IMG/VR virus record: IMGVR_UViG_3300042535_000037
Coordinates: 1 to 36,030 of that record
Source of the DNA: a virus
Taxonomy: Duplodnaviria > Heunggongvirae > Uroviricota > Caudoviricetes
Reading direction: 5' to 3' (one strand)
Length of the DNA stretch: 36,030 nucleotides
The notes under the pieces were generated by a model. It was not told the origin of the DNA. It did not search any database and saw nothing but the letters and a program-made list of their open reading frames with translations. Of this stretch, positions 25,487-33,542 are shown piece by piece. A program made the position numbers and the translations under genes. Numbering within the stretch: position 1 is the stretch's first letter; every line of letters starts with the position of its first letter.

Positions 25487-26366
25487 AATGGCAAAAGAAG
25501 ACCTAATGGTATTTTCACCAACATCCCTAACCGTGTATCAAAAATGTCCAAGAAAATACTACTTGGCGAAGATAGCGAAGGCGAAACCTCTCCCAAAAGA
25601 CAAGACAGGTGCAGAGTTTGGAAAATGTGGTCACTCCATTCTTGAAAAATTCGAAAGCAACTTTAACATAGATGAACTTATAGCCGTCAACGATGTATCC
25701 CGCTACTTTCATGCCCTGCTTGAAAAAATGATAAGCGAAAATTGGGATTTCAAAATACAGAATCAATGGAACACCAACGATAAATTGAAAAATGAAATGA
25801 AGGAAATCCTCAACGTATACATAGAAGACAGAATTGTTGTTTTCAACGAAAGAGCAGCACAGAACAAACTTGATACATACTTCCCTATTGCTGTAGAAGA
25901 AGATATTCGTTCTGAAAAATTCAACATCAGATGCATTATCGACAAACATAACGCCAACCATACCCTTCTCGACTACAAGTTCTCCAAGTACTTCCCCGAA
26001 ATTCTGCTCAAGCAATATTCTGCTCTTACTCCTACAGAAAAAGCCGAATATGACAAGACCAAACTTCAATACGAAATACAAGCCCTGATGAACGCCCTTG
26101 TAGTATACGACAAGTACAATGTACTTCCAGCAAAGATGACTTTCTTCTTCCCTCGATTCATGAAGTCTGCTCATCATGGAATATACGTAGTGGAAATCAC
26201 ACAACAACGTATCAATTGGATTGCCAATCTCATCAATCAAGCAGCAGAGAAAGTAAGAAGCAATAATTTCCAGAAAACTGAAGATAAATCCGTATGTGCA
26301 GAATATGGTGGTTGCGAATACATGCACTACTGCGACTTCTCTGAAATATGTATCATGAGCCTGTAA
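25473..26366 (+). CDS. Cas4/AddB-like PD-(D/E)xK nuclease with four-Cys Fe-S motif
   Basis: SPTSL..YQKCPRKYY, G..GH..LE, IIDK, DYK, YEIQ, C-terminal CAEYGGCEYMHYC. Confidence 0.85.
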   Translation: MASDEMAKEDLMVFSPTSLTVYQKCPRKYYLAKIAKAKPLPKDKTGAEFGKCGHSILEKFESNFNIDELIAVNDVSRYFHALLEKMISENWDFKIQNQWNTNDKLKNEMKEILNVYIEDRIVVFNERAAQNKLDTYFPIAVEEDIRSEKFNIRCIIDKHNANHTLLDYKFSKYFPEILLKQYSALTPTEKAEYDKTKLQYEIQALMNALVVYDKYNVLPAKMTFFFPRFMKSAHHGIYVVEITQQRINWIANLINQAAEKVRSNNFQKTEDKSVCAEYGGCEYMHYCDFSEICIMSL

Positions 26367-29176
26367 TCATGCTTCCACAGAACATTCTCTCCAACATCAG
26401 AAATTTCGCTACTCAAAACGCGAAACCAAAAGAAGAGGAATTCGAATATGTGTTTCCTACTTCATTAGAATATGAGGAAACAGAAGGAGTAGCCACCATA
26501 AAAATGTTTGGGCGTTCTCTTGATGGTAGACGTGTCCAGAAAATCATCACTGGATTCATGCCATATTTCTATGCACCTCTGGACCTTACTTTTCGAGAAG
26601 ATGTTCATTCCGGCATCCACAAAATAGAACGTGCTCAACCTGACGGCTCAAGGTTTTTCGCCATAGACAACTCAGCAGTCATGAAAGTGATAGCAACTAA
26701 ACCTTCTATCATTGGTGGAAAATCCGAAAAAATAAACTACTTGAGAGACCTCTTCACTCATTCTTTCGAAGCAGATATCCCCTACGTAGACAGAGCTCGT
26801 ATAGACTTAGGTCTCAATGATTTCGTTCGCGTTCCAAAATCCAATATATTTTCATATACTCAAATTCAACATCCCACTGAAGAAGAACTTAAATTAGAAA
26901 AATCCAAATATCCAAAATTCAGCTTGAGAATTCAGATAGCTGATATTGAAAACCTAGATGACAAATCAATCAAGGATGCGAAAAAAGGTCTCTCAAAAGT
27001 GGTATGCCTAACCGTATACGACAATTATGATAAAACATACCATGTCTTCACATGCTTATTTCTTTCAGATATGCAGAAGGAAATAGTAAGAGAAAAACTT
27101 CGTAATCACTGGAAAGATTCACAGAAATATAGCTCCGAATCTGAATACAATATTGAATACAATATCACCGAAGGAGAAACCGAAGAAGAAGCAGAAAAAA
27201 ACATGTTCGAAGCCTATAAAGTTTGGACCCGTCAAAACTATCCTGATATCCTAGCAGGCTGGAACTTCAAGGAATACGATATTCCTGTAGAGCTTTGTAG
27301 AGCCGGAAACCTTGGAGTAGAAATCAATTCCTTTTCCGAAGTCAACAAGGTTTCAAAATACTTCAACCAAGAAACACTATCCGACTCCTTTAAAATTCGC
27401 GGTCTCCTAGTACTAGACCTAATGAGTATGTATGACAAGATTCAGCCCAAGGCTCTTCGTTTTACTAACCTCAATCATATCTCCAACATAGAACTCGGAA
27501 CTCAGAAAATAGGTAGAGAATCAATCATCCAGCTTGTACACACCGATATACCACATCTCATCGCCTATAACATAATAGATGTCCAACTCACTAAACTCAT
27601 AGAAGAAAAAGCCCACCTGATTGAATTCTTCAGTATGCTTTCTTTCAAATCCTTCACAGAGATAGGAACCACATCAAACTCTCAGTTCATCGATAAGCTT
27701 CTCCTGAAATTCGTGCATGGTCGTTTCTGCGTTCCAACTAAAGTCAAATTAGAAAAAGATGAAGATGAAGATGATGACTTTATAGGTGGAAAAGTGTACG
27801 ATTCCACAGCAGGACTTCACGAATATATCATAGTTCTCGACTATTCAGGTCTGTATCCCTCTATTATGCGTTCCCTGAATATCTCTATCGAAACTAAAGA
27901 CCCTAACGGTGAAATCCTTGCGGCTAATGGAATCCGTTTCCGCAAATCCCCTCGCGGTGTAGTTCCATCCATTCTTGAAATGCTTCTAGATGAAAGAAAT
28001 CACTATAAGAAACTTGAAAAAGAAGCAAAGAAAGCTAGAGATGATGAACTGGAACACATCTACAACATGAAACAAATCTCCGTGAAAATCCTGATGAATG
28101 CATTCTTCGGAGTTTTGGGATGGGTAGACTTCAGGCTCAACGACATAGACACTGCTGAAGCAATCACATCCACAGGACAAGACCTCTCAATGAACACCAA
28201 GACCTACGTTGAATCTATGGGCTTCCAGTGCATCTACGGAGACACAGACAGCCTATTCATACGTCTGGGAAGAGAAGTCACTCCTGAAGAAGCTAGAGAC
28301 ATTGCAAAAGACCTCTGCTCCAAAATCAACGCCTTCCTTGGAGACTTCGCTAAGGAACGCTACGGCATAGACTCTCATTTCTTCAACATCGAGTTTGACA
28401 AGTTTGCAAAAACCCTCTTCCAACCCATTAAGAAATCTACAAAGGCAGGAGAAGCAGAAACAGGAGCAAAGAAGCGTTACGCTGGCTACTTCTACAACTA
28501 CGACAAGCAAGAATATGAATTCAAGGCTCAGGGTTTTGAACTCAAGAGAGCATCCTCTTCTCTTCTAACTCAAGAGTTCCAAGAGACCCTTCTACGCATG
28601 ATTCTCAATAAAACATCAGACAGAGAAATCAAAAAATTCTATACAGAAACAAAGGAAAAACTCTATTCAGGTGGAGTAGACCAACAGAAAATAGGTCTCC
28701 GCTACAACATCAAAAAAGATATAGTAGACTTCTCTCTTAATCCAGACCTAGTAGGCAATACTAATTTCATGGCTAAATCCAAGGGTCTCACAGGAACTCT
28801 CAACGCCAACTATATCCTCGGAAGAAAATACGGCATAGGAGACAAGGTAATGCTCTACTTCCTAGACAAATCCAAATCTCTAGCAGGTGTAGATATGCTC
28901 TGTCTCGACTACGAAGAAGAGATACCTTCTGAATTCACCATCAGCTACGACCAATGTTGGGAATCCTTCATCAGAGACCCTACAGAAAGCGTACTGAAAG
29001 CCTACGGCATATCCTTCGAGTACATTGAAACTGGTCTCAAAACCAACAATACCATGAATGTAGTCATTGAAGGAGTAGAAGTCAAACAAACCCAACTCAA
29101 GCAAGCCATCGAAAAACCAAAAAAGATTAAATTAAATACAAAAGAAAATAGAATAAGACTATTTGAAAATGAGTAA
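26348..29176 (+). CDS. polB: Family B DNA polymerase with 3'-5' exonuclease (start may be 26369)
   Basis: ExoI ADIE, ExoII GWNFKEYD, ExoIII YNIID; DYSGLYPS, KILMNAFFG, YGDTDSLF; no intein apparent. Confidence 0.95.
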   Translation: MYHEPVIMLPQNILSNIRNFATQNAKPKEEEFEYVFPTSLEYEETEGVATIKMFGRSLDGRRVQKIITGFMPYFYAPLDLTFREDVHSGIHKIERAQPDGSRFFAIDNSAVMKVIATKPSIIGGKSEKINYLRDLFTHSFEADIPYVDRARIDLGLNDFVRVPKSNIFSYTQIQHPTEEELKLEKSKYPKFSLRIQIADIENLDDKSIKDAKKGLSKVVCLTVYDNYDKTYHVFTCLFLSDMQKEIVREKLRNHWKDSQKYSSESEYNIEYNITEGETEEEAEKNMFEAYKVWTRQNYPDILAGWNFKEYDIPVELCRAGNLGVEINSFSEVNKVSKYFNQETLSDSFKIRGLLVLDLMSMYDKIQPKALRFTNLNHISNIELGTQKIGRESIIQLVHTDIPHLIAYNIIDVQLTKLIEEKAHLIEFFSMLSFKSFTEIGTTSNSQFIDKLLLKFVHGRFCVPTKVKLEKDEDEDDDFIGGKVYDSTAGLHEYIIVLDYSGLYPSIMRSLNISIETKDPNGEILAANGIRFRKSPRGVVPSILEMLLDERNHYKKLEKEAKKARDDELEHIYNMKQISVKILMNAFFGVLGWVDFRLNDIDTAEAITSTGQDLSMNTKTYVESMGFQCIYGDTDSLFIRLGREVTPEEARDIAKDLCSKINAFLGDFAKERYGIDSHFFNIEFDKFAKTLFQPIKKSTKAGEAETGAKKRYAGYFYNYDKQEYEFKAQGFELKRASSSLLTQEFQETLLRMILNKTSDREIKKFYTETKEKLYSGGVDQQKIGLRYNIKKDIVDFSLNPDLVGNTNFMAKSKGLTGTLNANYILGRKYGIGDKVMLYFLDKSKSLAGVDMLCLDYEEEIPSEFTISYDQCWESFIRDPTESVLKAYGISFEYIETGLKTNNTMNVVIEGVEVKQTQLKQAIEKPKKIKLNTKENRIRLFENE

Positions 29177-29208
29177 ATTTTATATACATTAATCTATATG
29201 TATGAACT

Positions 29209-29556
29209 ATGGAAAATGAAGACAAAAGTTTTATTGTTGTGTACCTCATTCATGGATTAATTTTATCATTTATTATATTTTTGACTATTAGTTTCAAGGA
29301 AAATATATTATATATATTAAAAGCGATTGAGTGGCATTTCAATCTTTTGTTATCACTTACTATAGGCATTGTTAATTTTCATAATATACTGATTTCAATA
29401 TTTATGGGGTATATTTTGGTTTTGCTGATATACTCTTTTTTGGATGATGCTACCAATCAAGAAAATCAATTATCTATTCCAGATGAATTCACCGAAAAAG
29501 AAGAAGAATATACAAAAAGATATTACAAAGCCTTTCCAGAATTAAAGAAAGACTAA
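29209..29556 (+). CDS. AT-rich membrane protein (115 aa)
   Basis: Own TTTTATATA box; 2-3 hydrophobic segments. Confidence 0.6.
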   Translation: MENEDKSFIVVYLIHGLILSFIIFLTISFKENILYILKAIEWHFNLLLSLTIGIVNFHNILISIFMGYILVLLIYSFLDDATNQENQLSIPDEFTEKEEEYTKRYYKAFPELKKD

Positions 29557-29753
29557 TAGTATCTTCTAGGCATCGGCTTAACTTTACTTCCTTTTATTTT
29601 CAAAATTTTGTAATCATAGTTATTTTTGTATCCATTTTTATTCATCAACTCTACAAACATCTTTCTTGCGGCAGCATTATCACGCGCCTGAACAGAAGCA
29701 CCTACCAAATTTCCACTTCTATCCTGATAGGCAATGAAAAATTCTTTTGTCAT
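29553..29753 (-). CDS. Small hypothetical protein (66 aa), paralog of the N-terminus of 21254-21691
   Basis: Minus-strand TATA box at 29775-29783; shared A.DN.AAR...DYKI.K motif. Confidence 0.65.
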   Translation of the reverse strand: MTKEFFIAYQDRSGNLVGASVQARDNAAARKMFVELMNKNGYKNNYDYKILKIKGSKVKPMPRRYY

Positions 29754-29774
29754 ATTTCCAACAAAGCATAAAAG

Positions 29775-29805
29775 TATATAAAGCTTATTGCAAAAACCTT
29801 ATATA
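29775..29805. promoter_or_regulatory. Divergent promoter pair
   Basis: TATATAAAG at 29775-29783 (minus-strand TATA) and AAAAAC-CTTATATA at 29798-29805 (plus-strand BRE/TATA-like). Confidence 0.55.
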
Positions 29806-29840
29806 ACGTCACATCATCATACATCGAAATGGTGAACTAA

Positions 29841-30401
29841 ATGACCAAGACACATCTCGTTATTGAGGAAGAAATAGACCTTGAGCAGCTTGGACTCAAT
29901 GGAAAAATAATTGACGGTAGGACCGAAATATACTTCTTCCCTTACTCTAAGGCTCAGAAAGAAGTCATCTCAGCCATTGAGCATAAAATTTCCGAAGTAG
30001 TCTCATACATATATTGTGAGTCAGGTGGACTCTCCGAAGAAGGCGGGAGTGCCTACATATGTGCTACAGTTGGCGGATTCCCTATTAAAAAGACTAGGCG
30101 TAACAAACAGAATAAAATTTATTCAATTGTAAACTACAAGTACGCTAAATGTTATGTCAAACGCAATAGTGGAAATCTATATATAAAACTTAGTACCATA
30201 ATACCATCATATCCTCTTGATATAGAAACAATTATATGGGAATATGAAGGCGACTCCATCAGAGTACCAGCTAGACTTGCCCGCTACGAATCCCTAGTCA
30301 ACGCAACAGTTGAACGTAGCTACTCTCAAGAACCAGAAAATACATACTACTATGAGGAATTACATGAAAAAAACACTATTGGAATCATTTCATCCGAATG
30401 A
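29841..30401 (+). CDS. Hypothetical protein (186 aa)
   Basis: GGTGA RBS and upstream TATA box. Confidence 0.65.
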   Translation: MTKTHLVIEEEIDLEQLGLNGKIIDGRTEIYFFPYSKAQKEVISAIEHKISEVVSYIYCESGGLSEEGGSAYICATVGGFPIKKTRRNKQNKIYSIVNYKYAKCYVKRNSGNLYIKLSTIIPSYPLDIETIIWEYEGDSIRVPARLARYESLVNATVERSYSQEPENTYYYEELHEKNTIGIISSE

Positions 30402-32226
30402 GAAACCTAGAGAAATACAAACAATTGCTCTCAACAAACTTGATGAATTGCTAAACTCTCCAACTTATGCCAAAAAGGAAGTTTTCTTCCTAGAGCTTCC
30501 TACTGGATTTGGAAAGTCTCTTCTTGCAGATGCAATCATACGCTACTACGGAGAGGGATATGTCTGCACTCAGACCAAACAGCTCCAAGAGCAATATCAG
30601 AAAATTGGATTTAAGACCTGTAAAGGTCGCGCCAACTTCGATTGTAAAATCAATGGAATGACATGTGATGTCGGAGAATGCAAAAAGGTCTCTAGATACG
30701 ATTGCCCTCATAAAGCAAAAGAAGGAGAAGTCAAGGTAATAGACATAGATTCCAATGGTAATGAAATTACTAATTTTGCTTTCATAGCCAACGGCAACAC
30801 ATATGTATGGTTAAGTGGCGACCACTGCAATTACTGGCAACAAAAAGCAGATGCAATAAACGCTTCTCATGTTGTATTTAACTACAAATATATGTTAGGA
30901 GAGATGAATTTCTCCAAGCAGTTTGGGAAAAGAGCGGTAATCGTAGCTGACGAAGGTCACAACCTAGACTCAGAAATAGCATCCTTCTTCGAACTTGAAT
31001 TCTCAAGGAAACAACTTGATTTCATCTATAAGCTTTCAAATCTTTCCATCCCAAAGCTTTTCAAGGTATCTCAAAAAGACCCCATGACTCAAGAAATGGT
31101 CGAATCATGGATTAGTTATCTCACTTTAATCATCAACAGAAGAGATGTTCTGCTCCAAAACCTTCTACTTGCGTATGAAGGAAAAATTGCAAATCTGATA
31201 AGTCCAAATCCAAGTCTACTGAGATTCATAGACGAAATTGAGGACATGCCACTCAATAAAAGAGAAGAACGTTCCGTAAAAGACAGTGAATACTTTGAAA
31301 GCGTGATGAATAGAATCGAAATGATTCTAAAATACTACAAAGAAGACCCTGAGAATTGGCTTGTAGATGAAAGTGGAGACTACAGCAGCAGAGTAGTTTT
31401 CGGTGTCAAATTTAAGCCAGTTTTCATATCTGAGATGGCACGTAACGTATTTTTCAAGCACTGTGACTACTGCTTCATAATATCTGCAACACTTCATGAT
31501 GAATTACTATCATGCAGACTTCTAGGGCTTGATAGGGAAATAGTTCTCTATGCAAGAAAAAATCCAGTTTTCCCTATAGAAAACTCCCCGATATTCGACT
31601 TAGAGGTCGTAAAACTAAACAAAGATACCCTGAAAATGAAGGATACAGTGACTCGACTTGTCGATAGTATAGATGCTATATGTGACTTATATCCTGAATC
31701 TAAAGGCATGATACACACCGCTACATACGATATGTCTGAAATGCTCAGAAATTGTAGAAATGCAGATAGATTTATCATTCACGATAGAAAAAACAGAGAA
31801 CAAATGCTACAGGAACATCTTAGAAAAGAAAACACAAACACAGTGCTTGTATCTCCGTCTATGACAGAAGGTGTGGACCTTCCAGATGACCAATGTCGTT
31901 TCCAAATTATTCCAAAAGTCCAATACAAGAGTATGGCAGATGGAGTCATCAGGAAACGTATGGAAAAAATAGAAGGATACTTAGATAAACTTGCAGCCAT
32001 ATCTCTTGCTCAATCCAAGGGTAGAGGAACAAGAAGCGAGACAGACTATTGTGACACATACTTACTGGATACCAATTTCGAGAGACTCATAAAAAATAAC
32101 ACTGAGTTATTCCAGAAGTCGGTAATCCCGTACAAAAAAGAGACAAAAGACCTAATCGCCAAACATGGCAAAAATCTCAAAGAAATTGTATCCAAATACC
32201 CTAGAAACTTGGAGTGGACTAGATGA
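30352..32226 (+). CDS. XPD/DinG/Rad3-family SF2 helicase with Fe-S cluster
   Basis: PREIQ (Q motif), LPTGFGKS, KGRANFDC..C..C..C, DEGHN, SAT, EGVD, QSKGRGTR; ATG 30352 or 30364 preferred over TTG 30310. Confidence 0.9.
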   Translation: MRNYMKKTLLESFHPNEKPREIQTIALNKLDELLNSPTYAKKEVFFLELPTGFGKSLLADAIIRYYGEGYVCTQTKQLQEQYQKIGFKTCKGRANFDCKINGMTCDVGECKKVSRYDCPHKAKEGEVKVIDIDSNGNEITNFAFIANGNTYVWLSGDHCNYWQQKADAINASHVVFNYKYMLGEMNFSKQFGKRAVIVADEGHNLDSEIASFFELEFSRKQLDFIYKLSNLSIPKLFKVSQKDPMTQEMVESWISYLTLIINRRDVLLQNLLLAYEGKIANLISPNPSLLRFIDEIEDMPLNKREERSVKDSEYFESVMNRIEMILKYYKEDPENWLVDESGDYSSRVVFGVKFKPVFISEMARNVFFKHCDYCFIISATLHDELLSCRLLGLDREIVLYARKNPVFPIENSPIFDLEVVKLNKDTLKMKDTVTRLVDSIDAICDLYPESKGMIHTATYDMSEMLRNCRNADRFIIHDRKNREQMLQEHLRKENTNTVLVSPSMTEGVDLPDDQCRFQIIPKVQYKSMADGVIRKRMEKIEGYLDKLAAISLAQSKGRGTRSETDYCDTYLLDTNFERLIKNNTELFQKSVIPYKKETKDLIAKHGKNLKEIVSKYPRNLEWTR

Positions 32227-33530
32227 GTACTGACTTATGGATAGAAAAGTATCGACCTTCCTCTTTCAAAGAGGTAAAAGGCTCAAAAAAGAACAATGAC
32301 GACATAATTGCATGGACTAACCGTTGGTCTACCGGAATTCCCACAACACAAAAAGCCCTTCTGTGTCACGGAAAACCGGGAACGGGAAAAACTTCTTCGA
32401 TGCACGTCATCGCTAAAGAATACGAATTCAATGTAGTGGAACTCAATACTTCAGATGTTCGTACACACTCCACAATCAAAGAACGTTTAACTACAGTTGT
32501 TACAGGTAGGGATATGTGGAACCCACTCAAGAAAACACTCATCATTCTCGATGAAGTAGACAACCTTGACGTTGGAGCAGACTCAGCCATTATAGAGCTC
32601 ATACAAAAATCTACAAATCCAATAGTGATGACCTGCAACGATGCCTTCTCTGTCTCTCCGAAAATCCGTGAACAGTGCCTAGAAATCCAGTTCAATATGA
32701 TTCGAGTAGACACTAGAAGAAAAATCCTAAATGACATCGCTAAAACCGAAGGTCATACTCTTCCAGCAGATATACTTGAAAAACTTGGTGAAGTATCGGA
32801 CCTTCGTTCCGCTATCAACTCACTCCAAATATATTGTCAGAGTGGAGTCCTGATGAGAGATACAACTCAGGAATCATTCTCTAACTTCCAAGCCATTGAT
32901 GAAATATTCAAGACACAAGACCTTAACTCTCTTGTAGACATTCTTAGGAAGGCAGATATGAAGCCCACAGATGCTATCCTATGGATAGAAGAGAATCTAC
33001 CCTTACGCTATCAAGGTGTTCAACTTTTTTATGCCTACAAGATGATTTCACAGGCTTCTGAGTGCCTCGGTATCGCAATGAAGACTAAGAACTTCAGGCA
33101 ATGGGGTCCAGCCATCAACCTCATGACATTCGGTGTCTCTTCATGCAAATCTCCAATTAAAAAAGAAGGATTTGTCAAAACAGAATATCCAACATATCTA
33201 AAAAAGATGTCTGCTACTAAGGAAGTTCGTAGAAACCAGAAAGACCTAGCAGAAAAACTCTGTTCAGATTGTCATTGCTCAAAGCAAGATTTCATAAAAA
33301 ATGCTCTTCCAATTCTTACTTCCCGTTGCAACGCTTCAGAAGAGCTACTTGGAAACATCGCTCATCACTACCAACTAACCGAAAAGGAAGTAATGACCCT
33401 TCTCGATACGTATCCACATGACCCACGTATAAAAAAGGTGTTCAGCAAGAAGACATCCCTGTCAAAAGAAGCGGCTTCCATTCTTGACAGAAGAGAAAAA
33501 GGACTTTGTAATATCAATGACTTTTTCTAA
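32223..33530 (+). CDS. rfcL: Replication factor C large subunit
   Basis: LWIEKYRP, GKPGTGKT, ELNTSD.R, LDEVD; PIP-like C-terminus NINDFF. Confidence 0.88.
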   Translation: MSTDLWIEKYRPSSFKEVKGSKKNNDDIIAWTNRWSTGIPTTQKALLCHGKPGTGKTSSMHVIAKEYEFNVVELNTSDVRTHSTIKERLTTVVTGRDMWNPLKKTLIILDEVDNLDVGADSAIIELIQKSTNPIVMTCNDAFSVSPKIREQCLEIQFNMIRVDTRRKILNDIAKTEGHTLPADILEKLGEVSDLRSAINSLQIYCQSGVLMRDTTQESFSNFQAIDEIFKTQDLNSLVDILRKADMKPTDAILWIEENLPLRYQGVQLFYAYKMISQASECLGIAMKTKNFRQWGPAINLMTFGVSSCKSPIKKEGFVKTEYPTYLKKMSATKEVRRNQKDLAEKLCSDCHCSKQDFIKNALPILTSRCNASEELLGNIAHHYQLTEKEVMTLLDTYPHDPRIKKVFSKKTSLSKEAASILDRREKGLCNINDFF

Positions 33531-33542
33531 CTTTTTTCTTTT
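33531..33542. terminator. T-rich gap between convergent genes (oligo-T terminator candidate for the + strand)
   Basis: CTTTTTTCTTTT between the rfcL stop and the stop of the minus-strand gene. Confidence 0.4.

Noticed and set aside
25527-26327. 266-aa minus-strand ORF
   Set aside because: Antisense shadow of the Cas4-like gene with no motifs; explained by codon bias
13481-29176. Inteins or introns in RNR, RFC-S or PolB (common insertion sites)
   Set aside because: Protein lengths and motif spacing are normal; no intein splice motifs or LAGLIDADG blocks seen
31552-31565. 13/14-nt match between the start of spacer 2 (GCAAGAAAAACTCC) and the XPD helicase gene (GCAAGAAAAAATCC)
   Set aside because: Short, A-run dominated, and similarity stops after 14 nt; not credible self-targeting
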